DNA of 8,192 nucleotides from assembly GCF_006345805.1 (NCBI RefSeq), contig NW_021828498.1, positions 1 to 8,192 on the forward strand, read 5' to 3'. The notes beneath the pieces were generated by a model. That model did no database searches. It was not told the origin of the DNA and saw only the letters and a program-made list of their open reading frames with translations. The stretch's first letter is position 1. Every line of letters starts with the position of its first letter. Position numbers and translations under genes: made by a program. This stretch comes from Octopus sinensis. Taxonomy: Eukaryota. This document shows positions 8,088-8,192 of the stretch, piece after piece.

Positions 8088-8192
8088 GTGCAGGTAATCT
8101 CCTGGAGTTGGTTCAGGTACCCCCTTCCCAATCCTGAACCTCGACGCTTCGAGAGCATCTGGGAAGAACACTCTCCTTTCTTTCAAATTCAC
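8088..8192 (+). CDS. Candidate exon running off the window (VQVISWSWFRYPLPNPEPRRFESIWEEHSPFFQIH)
   Basis: Open frame directly after TAATAG|. The acceptor lacks a good pyrimidine tract. Protein-like composition only. Confidence 0.2.
   Translation, partial: MQVISWSWFRYPLPNPEPRRFESIWEEHSPFFQIH

Noticed and set aside
8040-8158. Minus-strand RFRIGKGVP, resembling the RT motif GVxQG
   Set aside because: It continues as EPTPG rather than QG..LSP, with no other RT motifs nearby.
1-8192. CRISPR array, rRNA, true tRNA gene or prokaryotic operon
   Set aside because: No repeat-spacer array, rRNA similarity or cloverleaf was seen. The A/B boxes belong to a SINE, and the composition is eukaryotic intronic or intergenic.

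Overview
AT-rich eukaryotic (animal) genomic DNA, dense in microsatellites: (TA)n, (TG)n, (GATA)n and (AAT)n/(ATT)n. The repeat families resemble, from memory and unchecked, those of cephalopods (Octopus). No complete protein-coding gene is present, and most listed ORFs are microsatellite or antisense artefacts. The best-supported feature is a 5'-truncated L1/Tx1-type non-LTR retrotransposon on the minus strand (3608-5100). It has 379 codons in one frame with two nonsense mutations, a CX2CX8HX4C zinc knuckle and a ~355-bp 3' UTR, and it sits in register inside a (GATA)n tract. A second, more decayed fragment of a related element (6272-6631) carries a degenerate YADD motif. A tRNA-derived SINE (7745-7976) has a last 35 bp that match the last 35 bp of the LINE at 29/35 without gaps, suggesting a LINE-SINE partner pair. 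Also present are a non-coding repeat flanked by (ATT)n on both sides, an (AAT)n/(ATT)n palindrome, MITE/TIR remnants and a few low-confidence candidate host exons.
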